Shown piece by piece: positions 9,549-19,231 of a DNA stretch of 64,000 bases. The DNA lies in assembly GCA_963811635.1 (NCBI GenBank), contig CAWESB010000010.1:18901-82900 (forward strand). The letters are read 5' to 3'. Made by a program: the position numbers and the translations under genes. Source of the stretch: an uncultured Actinomycetes bacterium (GTDB lineage Bacteria > Actinomycetota > Thermoleophilia > Gaiellales > Gaiellaceae). Positions within the stretch are counted from its first letter, which is position 1, and every line of letters begins with the position of its first letter. The notes beneath the pieces were generated by a model, which was not told the origin of the DNA, ran no database searches, and saw only the letters and a list, made by a program, of their open reading frames with translations.

Positions 9549-10405
9549 TCAGGGCTTCCTGGACTCGACGTACGCGAGGGTGCGGCGCGCGACTCTCTCG
9601 CTGCGAGCGCCGAAGCCGAAGCGGACGGACAGGCTGCGGTCGACCTGAATGAGGGTTCGAAGCGCATCGTCTCCGCCCTTCCAGCCGAAGCGAGCTCCGG
9701 TCACCAGCCAGGCGTGCTGGTAGAGCCAGTGGCTCACGAACGCTCGGTTGGGCTTGGCAAGCGCGGCGGTCCGCTCCTGGAGCGCACGCGCGCGTTGCGG
9801 GAGCGGCATCTCGTCGGCGGGCTCGCGCGGCGCGCCCTCCACCACGAAGTCAGGCTCGCGGTAGGCGCCGCTCTCCTCGCCCTGCTCGGGAGCCGCGGGC
9901 GGCGCTGCGGGCGGGGCCGTGGCGGTGCGTTGTGGTCGTGGTCGTGACCGGCTGCGTCTCGGTCGTCGCCTCCGCGCTCTCCTTCTGCGCCGCCTGCCAG
10001 TTGCTCAGAAGGACGACTGCAGTGCCCTCGTACGACGAGCGATTCTCGGGCACGCCGCGCTCGTCGTACTCACCGCTGCGCTTCAGGCGGAGCACGACAG
10101 TCGGCGCACCGTTGTCGACGACGCGAACCCCCGGGGCCGGGACTGCGAGACGACGGTGTTGGCGGCGTAACCCTCCACGGAGCCCTCGACTCGCCAGGCG
10201 AAGCCCGCGTCCTGGAGGATCCCCTTGGAGAAGACGTAGGCCTGCCGGCGGACGTCCGGGACGACGAGGACCTCCGGGGCGGCCGGCTCAGCCGGCAGCG
10301 GGAGCCGCCGGCTGCGACGTCTGCGGCCCTCCGGCCGCCAGCGTCCAGCTGGCAGCCGCCAGCAGCCAGATCACGATGAGCGCGATCAGGCGCGGAGCGA
10401 GCATG
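9549..10405 (-). pseudogene. Signal-anchored protein with a PASTA-like domain, about 3 frame disruptions
   Basis: The start reads MLAPRLIALIVIWLLAAASWTLAAGG. After a frame change it reads VVPDVRRQAYVFSKGILQDAGFAWRVEGSVEGYAANTVVSQSP, then APGVRVVDNGAPTVVLRL, a PASTA-like pattern. The tail lies in ORF 9549-9845. Confidence 0.5.
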
Positions 10406-10453
10406 CCAAGTCGGGACGCCACGACCTCTCAATCGGCAGCGACCGGGCAAAGA

Positions 10454-12383
10454 TCAAGCCCCTATCCGGTATGAGGCGGGTGTGGAGCGCGGGGCGTTCG
10501 GCTCAGCCGGAGCCGAGGTCGTGAACCGGATGATGCGGGGCGCCCGGATCACGCGGAAGACCGGTCCGCTCACGGAGCTTCGCCGCTCGAGGCCCAAGGC
10601 CGGCATGGACTCCGAGCGCTCCGGAGTGGGCGCGTCCTGCCACCTGAAGGCGATCCCGGCGAACGCCTGGAACCAGGGCTCCGACTGGGGGTAGTGCGTC
10701 GAGGGCTTGAAGCCGAGGTGAAGGTGGGGTCCCGTCGAGTTGCCGGTCGAGCCGACCCGGCCGACCGGGTCACCGGCCGAGACATGACTGCCGGAAGCGA
10801 GGCTCCCCTCGAGCGAGGAGAGATGGCAATAGACGAACTCCTCGCCGGTCGTCGTCCGAAGCGCGAGCCCGATGCCGCACTTCCCGGAATCGGTGGGAAG
10901 GAGGTCGGTGACGACCCCATCGTGAAGGGCATAGAGCGGCGAGCCCGCTGGGGCGGCGATGTCCGCTGCCGGGTAGTCGTGGTGCGTATGGGCGGTGGAG
11001 ACGTTGGTCGGCCCGCCGCCGACCGGGAAGACCCACCCGTCGAAGGACTGTTGCCCGCCGGGGAGGCCACCGGCCTGCCACGCCGTCAGATACGGATACG
11101 GGTTCACGACCCCGTCGTAGCCTTCTGCCTGAAGCTCGGGCGGATGGATCTCGAAGTGGAGGTGAGGGGGCGTGCCCGCGGCGTCGCCGGTGTCTCCGAC
11201 GTAGCCGATCACGTCGCCCGTATTTACGTGGGCGCCCTCTTCGGCGAGCGGCGAGAAGCGCGCAAGGTGGGCGTAGTAGTACTCGTTGCCGACGGCATCG
11301 CGAAGCCACAGCCGGTTTCCGCCGACGTCGTTCCAGCCGACGTTGAAGAGCGTGCCGGCAGTGACCGCCACAAGCGGGGTCCCACGCGCGGCGAAGATGT
11401 CGTTGCCGTGGTGCCATGTGGTCGTCCGGGGCACCCCGAAGTCGTCGGAGAATGACGCCTCTCCCGCGACCGGGAAGACGTACCCGCCAGAGGTGAGGGT
11501 CTGCCCGCCGAGACCGGCGTTCGCCTCCTCCTCCTTGAGCCTCGTCAGCGCCTCGACTGCCTTCGCGAGCCTGGCCTGGAGCCCGTTGATCCGCCGCCAC
11601 GAGGTCTCCTCGGTCGCATCGAACCGCTTGAGCTTGGTGTCGAGCTCCGCGAACTCGGCGTCGCTCAGATTCGGGTCGGCCAGGCGCCGCTCGAGGCGAA
11701 GCCGTGTCCACTCGCGCCCGTCGACCCCGCCGAGCGCCAGGTCGAGCGCCTGCCGAAAGCCGCGCCACTCTGCGTTGAGCGGCCGCCAGCCTCGCCTTCA
11801 CGTTCGCCCCCGGATAGACGAGTGCCGTCGGGCCTGGGGTGAACGGCTCATCCCCGAGGGTCGCGGCCAGCTCGAGCACGTCTTCGACGTACCACTGTGC
11901 GTGGTTGTAGGAGAAGATCGCGCGCTCGATGTCCTCGTGCCCCCCGGCCGCAGCGAGGTAGCGCGCGGCGGCGAAGACCGCGTCCTCGGGATCCCACGGG
12001 TTGGCGATCCGATCCCCGTCGGCGTCCATCCCCCAGCGCATCCAGGTGGAGGGAATGAACTGCATCCAGCCGAGCGCTCCGGCCGAGCTCGGGCCCATGT
12101 TCTGGCCGTAGCCGGACTCGATCTTGTTGATCGCGCCGAGCACCTGCCACGGAACGCCGTATGCATCGCCGGCCTGCTTCCAGAGCGTGACGAGCTGCGC
12201 ATAGGAGCGAACCTCGGGCGTCGCGGGCGGGCGCGAGAGCGGCGAGGGGACGCGGATCGAGCCCGGGGCGTTCGGCACCCTCGAGCTGGGAACGTTCGTC
12301 GGAGCTGCCGCGAGCTGGCTCGAGGCTGCGGGAACGGCCGCCAGTGCGAGCACGGCGGCGACGGCGAGGACGCGCCTTTTCAC
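10454..12383 (-). pseudogene. Secreted peptidoglycan hydrolase: lytic transglycosylase (SLT) domain, coiled coil and two M23 peptidase domains; single frameshift near 11771-11777
   Basis: The N-terminal frame reads signal peptide, then GVPWQVLGAINKIESGYGQ...GWMQFIPSTW (SLT). After the shift it reads AEWRGFRQALDL...LKEEEANAG, a coiled coil. This joins ORF 10454-11434, which has two M23 motifs: GDTGDAAGTPPHLHFE and GSTGNSTGPHLHLG. Confidence 0.8.
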
Positions 12384-13584
12384 TGATCCGACGCGGCGAG
12401 CCGTAGGCCGGGCACGGGTTCCTCTTGGGGCTCCGGCTCGGGCTCGGCCTCGTCCTCCGCAAGGCTCGAAAAGTCGACGGTGACGGTCTTGCCCTCTTCG
12501 GCGACCCGCTTGCGGCGAATCGCCTGCTCGACCGCGATCTCGAAGTCGTGGCGGTTGGTAGCCGCCGCCGCAGCGACCTCGAGCTCGACCACGTCGTCGA
12601 CGACGAGCTGGACGAGGTGCTGAGAGAAACTTTGCATGTGGTGGTAGGCGCCCTCTTCGATCGCCTCCGTGAGGCCGTGCGTCTTCTCGGGCTCGCGGAT
12701 CAGCTCGGCGATGCGGGCGGTGTTGACCATCACCTCGATGGCCGCGACGCGGCCGCCGATCTTGCGCGGCACCAGCCGCTGGCTGACCACGCCGCGCAGC
12801 ACGCCGGCCAGGATCTCGCGCACCATCATCTGCTTCTGGGGCGGGTAGAACTCGACGAGCCGGCTCACGGTCTCGGCGGCGTCGAGGGTGTGCAGCGTCG
12901 AGAAGACGAGGTGCCCGGACTCGGCCGCCTGCAGGGCGGTCTGGGTCGTCTCTTCGTCGCGGAGCTCGCCGATCAGGATCACGTCAGGGTCCTGGCGGAG
13001 CACCCGGCGCAAGGCCTGCTTGAAGGACTCGGTGTCGAGCCCGACCTCGCGCTGGTTGACGATTGAGGCCCAGTCGTCGTGGATGAACTCGATCGGGTCC
13101 TCGATCGTGACGATGTGCTGCTTGCGATTCCGGTTGATCCAGTTGAGCATCGCCGCGAGCGCTCGTCGACTTTCCCGACCCGGTCGCGCCGGTCACGAGG
13201 ACAAGGCCGCGGTGCTCCTGCGCCAGCTTTGCGACGCCCTCGGGCAGGCCGAGGCGCTCGAAGCTGGGGATCTCCTTGGGCACGAAGCGGAAGGCGAAGG
13301 AGATGGAGCCGCGCTGGCGGAAGCCGTTGACACGAAAGCGCCCGATCCCGTCGGCGAGGTACGACGTGTCGAGCTCGCCGGACTCGAGGAAGAGCTCGCG
13401 CTTCGCCGGCGAGCGGTCGGTGACGAGGAGCAGGACCGTCTCCAGGTCGGACTCGGTCAGGAGGCGCTGCTCAAGCGGGCTGCAGGTCGCCGTCGACCCG
13501 GACCATGGCGGGAGAATTCACCTTCAGGTGCATGTCACTTCCTCCAGCGTCAATGACGCGTGCCAGCAGTTCGTCGAGGTTCAT
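12380..13584 (-). pseudogene. Second PilT/PilU-family ATPase, two 1-nt frameshifts (about 13478 and 13166-13170)
   Basis: The N-terminus is MNLDELLARVIDAGGSDMHLKVNSPAMVRVDGDLQ. After the first frame change it reads PLEQRLLTESDLE...GATGSGKST (Walker A). After the second it reads MLNWINRNRKQHIVTIEDPIEF...ILIGELRD...STLHT. Its stop overlaps the next gene start (GTGA at 12380-12383). Confidence 0.8.
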
Positions 13585-13672
13585 GACGATGTGGACGGCT
13601 ATCGGCGGGGCGTCGCGAGCCGCTTTAGCCCAAAGGAGGGATGAAGCCCTCGGCTACACTTACGCGCGCCGC

Positions 13673-13754
13673 GGGGGAGTACCCGAGTGGCCAAAGGGGA
13701 CGGGCTGTAAACCCGTTGGCTCAGCCTACGTAGGTTCGAATCCTACCTCCCCCA
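13673..13754 (+). tRNA. tRNA-Tyr (anticodon GTA), long variable arm, CCA not encoded
   Basis: Hand fold. Acceptor GGGGGAG/CTCCCCC plus discriminator A. Anticodon stem ACGGG/CCCGT with loop CTGTAAA. 13-nt variable arm. T-arm GTAGG-TTCGAAT-CCTAC. Confidence 0.9.
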
Positions 13755-13857
13755 TAAAGCCCCGCATGGCACAGCGAAACCCGCATGGTTGAGCGGGTCA
13801 GCTGTGCCAGGGATGCCGGAAATGCCCGTCGCGTGCGTACCCCGGTGCGTACCTCGA
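13748..13857 (+). repeat. Left copy of the 110-bp imperfect direct repeat (att-like); begins 7 nt inside the tRNA-Tyr 3' end
   Basis: Manual alignment with 38803-38912 gives 99/110 identical, no gaps, and a longest exact run of 33 bp (AACCCGCATGGTTGAGCGGGTCAGCTGTGCCAG). Confidence 0.85.
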
Positions 13858-13860
13858 AAA

Positions 13861-14172
13861 CTAGAAGGCTTCCCCGGCGATGGTGTCGTCGTGCGCGGAG
13901 CCACCTGGCAGGTAGTGGCCGCTCTCGAGGCCCTCTGCGATGTCCCGAAGTGCTTCCACGTAGCCCTCCATGTACCGGCCCTCTCCGTGCTTCCCTAGCT
14001 GCCCGCCGGCTCGAAGTTCCTCCAAGTGCGCGGCTTGGTGCTCGAGGTGCATCGCCATGATGAGCTGGTAGCGGAATGCGTCACCGAACTTGTCAAGCGT
14101 CGCGCGAGCCCATGCCAAGGAATCCGCATCGCCGGCGAACCCGAGCAGCAGATCCTCGTCGGAGATTCCCAC
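13861..14172 (-). CDS. Hypothetical protein (103 aa)
   Basis: Clean ORF right after the left repeat. No recognisable motif. Third codon positions are visibly more A/T-rich than in the flanking core genes. Confidence 0.4.
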   Translation of the reverse strand: MGISDEDLLLGFAGDADSLAWARATLDKFGDAFRYQLIMAMHLEHQAAHLEELRAGGQLGKHGEGRYMEGYVEALRDIAEGLESGHYLPGGSAHDDTIAGEAF

Positions 14173-14254
14173 CCACGGGGCATCTTAGGCAAGCGAGCGT
14201 GGGACTCAGCGAGGGGCCGTCCCCTTGTCCGACGGCGCATTTAGCGTCTCTTAG

Positions 14255-14656
14255 GTGGACACCGAGTTCATGGTCCTGGCCGCGTCAGCCATCGGACTTT
14301 TTGCTGCTGTCGGCTTTGCCTATTTTAGGGAACTCCGGACGGCCAGAGAACGAGAGACTGAGGGTGGCGGCGAGGATCGAATCCAAGCGCTGATCGCGAG
14401 CCTCAACCGCGCGAACGAGGTGATACGCGAGCTCGAGGTTGAGATACGAACGCGACAGGAAGTCGCTGAGAAGTTACAAGCCGATGCTGAGCAGGCCGAG
14501 AGGTTCCTTCAGCTGAACCGCGAGGAGCTAGAGGCTGTACGCGGGCTGGTCGGAAGCGAGCTAAAGCGTGAGTCGAGACGCAGCTTCTGGCTAGGCGCCC
14601 TGGTGAACTTTGTCTTCTTCGTTGCGGGCGCTGGGCTGACGCTTCTTCTCAGTTAG
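14255..14656 (+). CDS. Hypothetical membrane protein with TM, coiled coil, TM architecture
   Basis: 133 aa. The N-terminal hydrophobic segment is LAASAIGLFAAVGFAYF. The central region is heptad-like and charged. The C-terminal TM is FWLGALVNFVFFVAGAGLTLLL. Confidence 0.45.
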   Translation: MDTEFMVLAASAIGLFAAVGFAYFRELRTARERETEGGGEDRIQALIASLNRANEVIRELEVEIRTRQEVAEKLQADAEQAERFLQLNREELEAVRGLVGSELKRESRRSFWLGALVNFVFFVAGAGLTLLLS

Positions 14657-14668
14657 TCCGCCACCGAG

Positions 14669-14851
14669 CTACTCGAACCACTCCGCCGGCGGCAGCGTTT
14701 TCGTGCACTCCAACGCAAAGAGGGCATCCCGGTGCTCGAGACAGAAGTGGTACGTCCGCTCGTCGAGAAGCTCCGTCTCGTCCGGGTTGTAACGCTTGAA
14801 CTCGACCGGGGTCGCGTCGGTGCGCTCGCAGTCTTTGTGCTGGCAGATCAC
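14669..14851 (-). CDS. Hypothetical small Cys/His-containing protein (about 60 aa)
   Basis: From a GTG start it reads VICQHKDCERTDATPVEFKRYNPDETELLDERTYHFCLEHRDALFALECTK. The upstream part of the track ORF overlaps the neighbouring gene in another frame. Confidence 0.3.
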   Translation of the reverse strand: MICQHKDCERTDATPVEFKRYNPDETELLDERTYHFCLEHRDALFALECTKTLPPAEWFE

Positions 14852-14858
14852 TGCGGCC

Positions 14859-15143
14859 TCAGTCTGAGGGCGGCGTGACGGTGTAGCCGTTACGGACCAG
14901 GAGCGCGATGGCCGCGTCGATGTCCGAAATGCCGGACCGCCGCTGGACGGTGTAGCCATTGCGGAACAGAAGCGCGGCGGCCTCCTCGATGTGGTCGAAC
15001 TCATCAGAGTCCGACGACTCGCTCAGGATGTAGGCCGGGTTCGGAGAGTCCGCTCTCATCTCCCCACGCGTCTCGAAGCCCTCAGGTTGCTCGTCGGTCA
15101 CGTTGCGATCGTATGCCCTTGGCACGCGCAGAACTAGAGCCAC
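14859..15143 (-). CDS. Hypothetical protein with an internal duplicated LL(F/V)RNGYTV motif
   Basis: 94 aa. It reads EEAAALLFRNGYTVQRR...DAAIALLVRNGYTVTPP. The duplication is also visible at DNA level. Confidence 0.4.
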   Translation of the reverse strand: MALVLRVPRAYDRNVTDEQPEGFETRGEMRADSPNPAYILSESSDSDEFDHIEEAAALLFRNGYTVQRRSGISDIDAAIALLVRNGYTVTPPSD

Positions 15144-16640
15144 GCGAAGGAAAAATGCTGCGGCTGCTGCGCGTGCCAGGCGGCGCGGTCGTAGGCGACG
15201 ACCGCGGCCACGGCGGCGTCGATCTTGCGGGGTGAGTCGGGGGCGTCCTTCGTGATGATCGGCCCGTAGGGCGTCTCCTTCGTCACAGCGTGGCCGACGT
15301 GGCGGGCGAGGCCGGCGTGCCCGTCGTGGGTCAGGTCGCCCTCGAGCACGCCGATGCGGAAGCGGTCGCAGGCGGCGGCCATCCGCCGGCGCTCGTTCGT
15401 CGGGAAGTCGACCACCACGTCGCCGTAGCTCTCCCGCCAGCCGTCGATCTCCGCGTGCCAGCCGGGCGGGTCGCAGGCGAGCTCGAGCACGTCGAAGCGC
15501 TCCATCGCCTCGGCGATCGCGTCGTCGACCTCCTCGCGCGGCACCTTCCAGTCGGCCGGCGCCCGCTCCGGGCGCTCCCAGATCGACGACGGCGAGACGA
15601 AGCCGTCGAGCGTGCAGGCGACGAGCGCGGTCGCGTCGCGCCGGTAGGAGCCGTCGAAGCCGAGCACGACCGTTCGCCGTCCTCGAGCGTCGCGCTCGAC
15701 TCGACGCAGCGCCGCCCAGGCATCGGGGGCGATCCAGGTCGTCTCGCTCGCCGCCCAGACGCAGCCGTGCAGCTGCAAGACCTGCGCGTCGGTGAGCTCG
15801 GGGTTCTCCGCCTGCCGGCGCAGGTAGCCTGCGTGATCCAGGAGGCGGGGTTGGCGAGCTTCATCGCCTCCACGTCGTGCGGGTCGATCGTCGGCGCCTC
15901 GTAGGCCCAGACGAGCGTCTCGCGCCTCGCGCATCCGGGCGACCGTGAGGCCCGGCTCGCGCTCGACGTCGTCGGCAGTCGAGCGCGGCGTCGAGGATGC
16001 GTGCCGAGGATGCAGTCGTGGCGGTGCGAGGCCTCGCCCGGCGGTCGTGATCGTGAACGTCTGCGGGGCCGAGCGGGCACCACCGCCCGAGGTCAGCGCG
16101 GCGTAGGCGCGGCGCAGGTTCGGCGTCGTCCACAAGGCGAGCTCGTCGACGACGACGAGCGTCGGGGTGTAGCCGTACAGCCGCGCCGGGTCGCTGGTCA
16201 GCCGGAAGATCGACGCCCATGCCGTCCTCGCGCACGATCTCGCCCGCGTGGTCGCGGACGCGCAGGAGCTTCGAGAGCTCCGGGTGAGCGGCGGACGAAG
16301 CGGGCGGCGGCATCGAACAGCCGGCCGGCCTGCCGGTCGGAGGAGGCCGCGAGCAGGATCTCCGGCCGCCCCTCGTCCGTGAGCAGCCGATAGAGGCGCG
16401 AGCGCGGCGAGCAGCGCCGTCTTGCCGTTCTTGCGCGGCGCGATGATCACGACCGAGCGCCAGACCGGCCAGCCGTCGCTCGTCGTAGGCGAGCGCCTCG
16501 CCCAGCATCCGCCGCTGCCAGGGCTCGAGCCGAGCGGCTTTCCTTCCCAGCGGTCTTCCGACTGGATCAGGTGCTCGCGGCAGAACTTGGCGAAGTGCGC
16601 GACCTCGGAGCCGGCCGCGTAGTCGCGCCAGGCATCACGA
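15134..16640 (-). pseudogene. Phage terminase large subunit (Terminase_1-like), at least 5 frame disruptions; N-terminal limit approximate
   Basis: The pieces lie in three frames. They are ...WPVWRSVVIIAPRKNGKTALLAA (Walker A), SPELSKLLRVRDHAGEIVREDG, IFRLTSDPARLYGYTPTLVVVDELALW (Walker B), and an intact C-terminal nuclease-like part ...VVLGFDGSYRRDATALV...KIDAAVAAVVAY. Confidence 0.8.
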
Positions 16641-16831
16641 CGGCCGCGACATCAAGCAGGCCGCCACGTCTGCGGCCAAACGTGGCGGCCTGGCAGACGC
16701 TTTGGGAGAGAACACGTTCTGCGTCGGCTCACTGATCTTCTCCCGGACACGTAGCGATGGGCATCGGGAGATCCACTGAAGGGCATCGGTGGATCCGCTG
16801 ACCCTGGCTGAGGGTCAGCGGTGCGGCCATC

Positions 16832-17116
16832 TCACACCGCCCGGAGCTCTGCCGCCGGCGACTTGCCGATCGAGGGCGTCAGCACGGCCGACGGGTCCGG
16901 CCCACGATGGCGGGCACGGGCGGCAGCGGCCAGACGGTCGACGAGAACGTCGTGGTCGCGCAGCATCTTGACCAGCGGGTGCTCGACAAGCTGGCCCGTC
17001 GAGCCAGTCGCGAGCAAGGGCGCGCCCTCGGCCTTCCACGCCTCCCGGATCGCCTCGCGGCGCTCGACGGCCTCCCGGTAGCGGCCTTCAGCCTCGGCGG
17101 GAAAATCGGCGCTCAC
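16832..17116 (-). CDS. Phage terminase small subunit remnant (P27-family-like C-terminal part)
   Basis: From the GTG at 17116 it reads ...REAWKAEGAPLLATGSTGQLVEHPLVKMLRDHDVLVDRLAAAA...LTPSIGKSP. It lies upstream of the large subunit on the same strand. The N-terminal conserved region was not found. Confidence 0.5.
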   Translation of the reverse strand: MSADFPAEAEGRYREAVERREAIREAWKAEGAPLLATGSTGQLVEHPLVKMLRDHDVLVDRLAAAARARHRGPDPSAVLTPSIGKSPAAELRAV

Positions 17117-17467
17117 GGAATCCCTCTCCGCTGCCCGGCGTCCACCGCCGCACGCCCAGCTGGCGGGGCGGGCCCGCGAAGTGACAGGCACCGACGGGGA
17201 CTGCGGCAAGCCCGCCGGCTGCGGCAACCGGAAGGGCTGCCCCCCGCCGGCGCCCGTCGAACCCGAGTGTTTCACAGCGCGCAGCGATTGGCACGGGATT
17301 CGGACGCCGCGCCGCATCCGGCGCCCGCAGCCCCGTGCAGGGAAGGACCAGTGGCCCTCCGCTACCTAGCAGTCTGCCCCGACAGCGGGTGCGAGAAACA
17401 CTCTGAGTCCTACAAATCACGGGGCAAAACTTTCGGAAAACGAGGTGGCTAATGGTGTCATACAGGA

Positions 17468-19231
17468 TCAAGCCTGCGGCCCCTCGGGCCGCACGAGGGC
17501 AGGAGTGGGTCGCTCGCCGCGGTTGCCCGACGAGCTTCTCTCGGTCTCCAGTGGTTCGGGGCGGCCCATCCCAGGCAGCTCGCCTGTCGCCTCCGCCTGA
17601 GGCGCTTGCCGTATCGGAAAACCCTCTGCCTTCCAGGCGCTGAACCCGCCAACCAGATCGGTGGCGCGGCGGAAGCCGAGCTCGCGCAGCGAGTCAGCGG
17701 CGAAGCTGGAGGAGAACCCATCGGCGCACATGAGGATGACCTCGCGCTCGAGTTCGCAAGCAGCGGGGTTACGAAATTCGCAGTCGGGGTCGACCCGCCA
17801 TTCGAGGACCGAACGCGGGATATGGATCGAGCCGGGCACGACGCCGCGCTCGCGTCGGTCGTCGCTCGAGCGCAGGTCGATGATCAGCGCTCCCCTATGC
17901 AGCGCATCGAGCGCCTGCGTGGGCGTCCGACGTGGCTCGATGCGCCGCCGCGCGGCTGCGAGCAGCTCGTCGACGTTTCGGCGGGTTGCCCGGTGATCGG
18001 CCGAGCGGTCGCGTTCGGCCCAACGTGTGAGTGCGACCCAACAGCCGCTTGCCGCTGTGAGCGCGGCGACGATCGCGATCGCACTGCCGTACCCGGCCGC
18101 GTCAGCGACAAATCCGGCCAAGAGCGCACCGATTACGAAGCCGAAGTCGCGCCAGAAGCGATACACACCCACGACCTGCGCTCGCTCGACTGGCTGGACC
18201 GCGTCGGAGACGGCCGCGATCAACGTCGGATACACGAGCGCGGTTCCAATCCCGAGCAGGATGGCCGCACCAAGCGCAGGAACGAAGGCGCCGCCGCCCG
18301 CGACAAGCAGGGCGAGCGCGCCCGCCTGCACGAGCATGCCGGCGACGATCAGCGGCTTGCGGCCGGTGTGATCGGAGAGCCAGCCGGTGAGGAGCTGGCA
18401 AGCGCCCCAGAATGCCGGATAGACGGCAGCGACGACGCCGATCTGAGCGGTGCTCGCGCCATTGGCCGCAAGGTAGAGCGGCGCAAGCCCCCAGGCGAGC
18501 GCGTCGTTGAGGTTGTTGACCAGGCCGGCTTGCGAGCAGGCGCGCAGCGTCGGGTGGCGGAACGTCGCGTGCGCGAAGGCCGAGCAAAGTGTTCGCGCGA
18601 TGTGGGCGCCGTGCGCACGCTGCTCGCGTTCGACGTGCGCGGCCGTGTCGCGCACGAACAGGATCGAGATCACCGTTCCGAGCACGGCGATGACGGCGCC
18701 GAGGACCCACACGAGTGTGCGGGGCGCGAAGGTGGCGGCGAGCGCGCCGGTGACGAAGGCAGTGACGGCGACGCCGAGGTAGCCCGCTGACTCGTTGAGC
18801 CCAAGTGCGAGGCCGCGGCGCCGCGGGCCGACGAGGTCGATCTTCATCACGACGGTCATCGACCAGGCGAGGCCCTGGTTGGCGCCGAGGAAGAGGTTGG
18901 CGGCGACGATCCAGCCCCAACTGGGTGCGAGCGCGATCATGAGTGGCACGGGAAGGGCGAGCACCCAGCCGATCACCAAGAGGCGCTTGCGCCCCACGCG
19001 GTCGGCGAGCCCGCCGGCGGCCAGGTTCGCGAGTGCCTTGGCGATCCCGAAGGCGACGACGAAGCTGAGAATTGCGCTCTTGGAAGCGAGATCGAAGTCG
19101 CGCTCGCCGACGAGCGGAAGCATGCTGCGCTCGAGCCCGACCATCGCGCCGACGAAGGCGTTCAGGCCGACGAGGAGTGTGAACTGGCCGGCGTTCTCGC
19201 GAAGCCCGAGGCGGACCGCCGCGGCGGTCAT
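17468..19231 (-). CDS. MFS transporter fused to a C-terminal rhodanese-like domain
   Basis: Starts at MTAAAVRL. MFS motif A is GGLADRVGRKRLLVIGW, with about 12 hydrophobic segments. The C-terminus reads ALIIDLRS...GSIHIPRSVLEW...VILMCADGFSSSFAADSLRELGF, which is rhodanese-like. Its ATG overlaps the upstream stop (ATGA at 19228-19231). Confidence 0.85.
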   Translation of the reverse strand: MTAAAVRLGLRENAGQFTLLVGLNAFVGAMVGLERSMLPLVGERDFDLASKSAILSFVVAFGIAKALANLAAGGLADRVGRKRLLVIGWVLALPVPLMIALAPSWGWIVAANLFLGANQGLAWSMTVVMKIDLVGPRRRGLALGLNESAGYLGVAVTAFVTGALAATFAPRTLVWVLGAVIAVLGTVISILFVRDTAAHVEREQRAHGAHIARTLCSAFAHATFRHPTLRACSQAGLVNNLNDALAWGLAPLYLAANGASTAQIGVVAAVYPAFWGACQLLTGWLSDHTGRKPLIVAGMLVQAGALALLVAGGGAFVPALGAAILLGIGTALVYPTLIAAVSDAVQPVERAQVVGVYRFWRDFGFVIGALLAGFVADAAGYGSAIAIVAALTAASGCWVALTRWAERDRSADHRATRRNVDELLAAARRRIEPRRTPTQALDALHRGALIIDLRSSDDRRERGVVPGSIHIPRSVLEWRVDPDCEFRNPAACELEREVILMCADGFSSSFAADSLRELGFRRATDLVGGFSAWKAEGFPIRQAPQAEATGELPGMGRPEPLETERSSSGNRGERPTPALVRPEGPQA

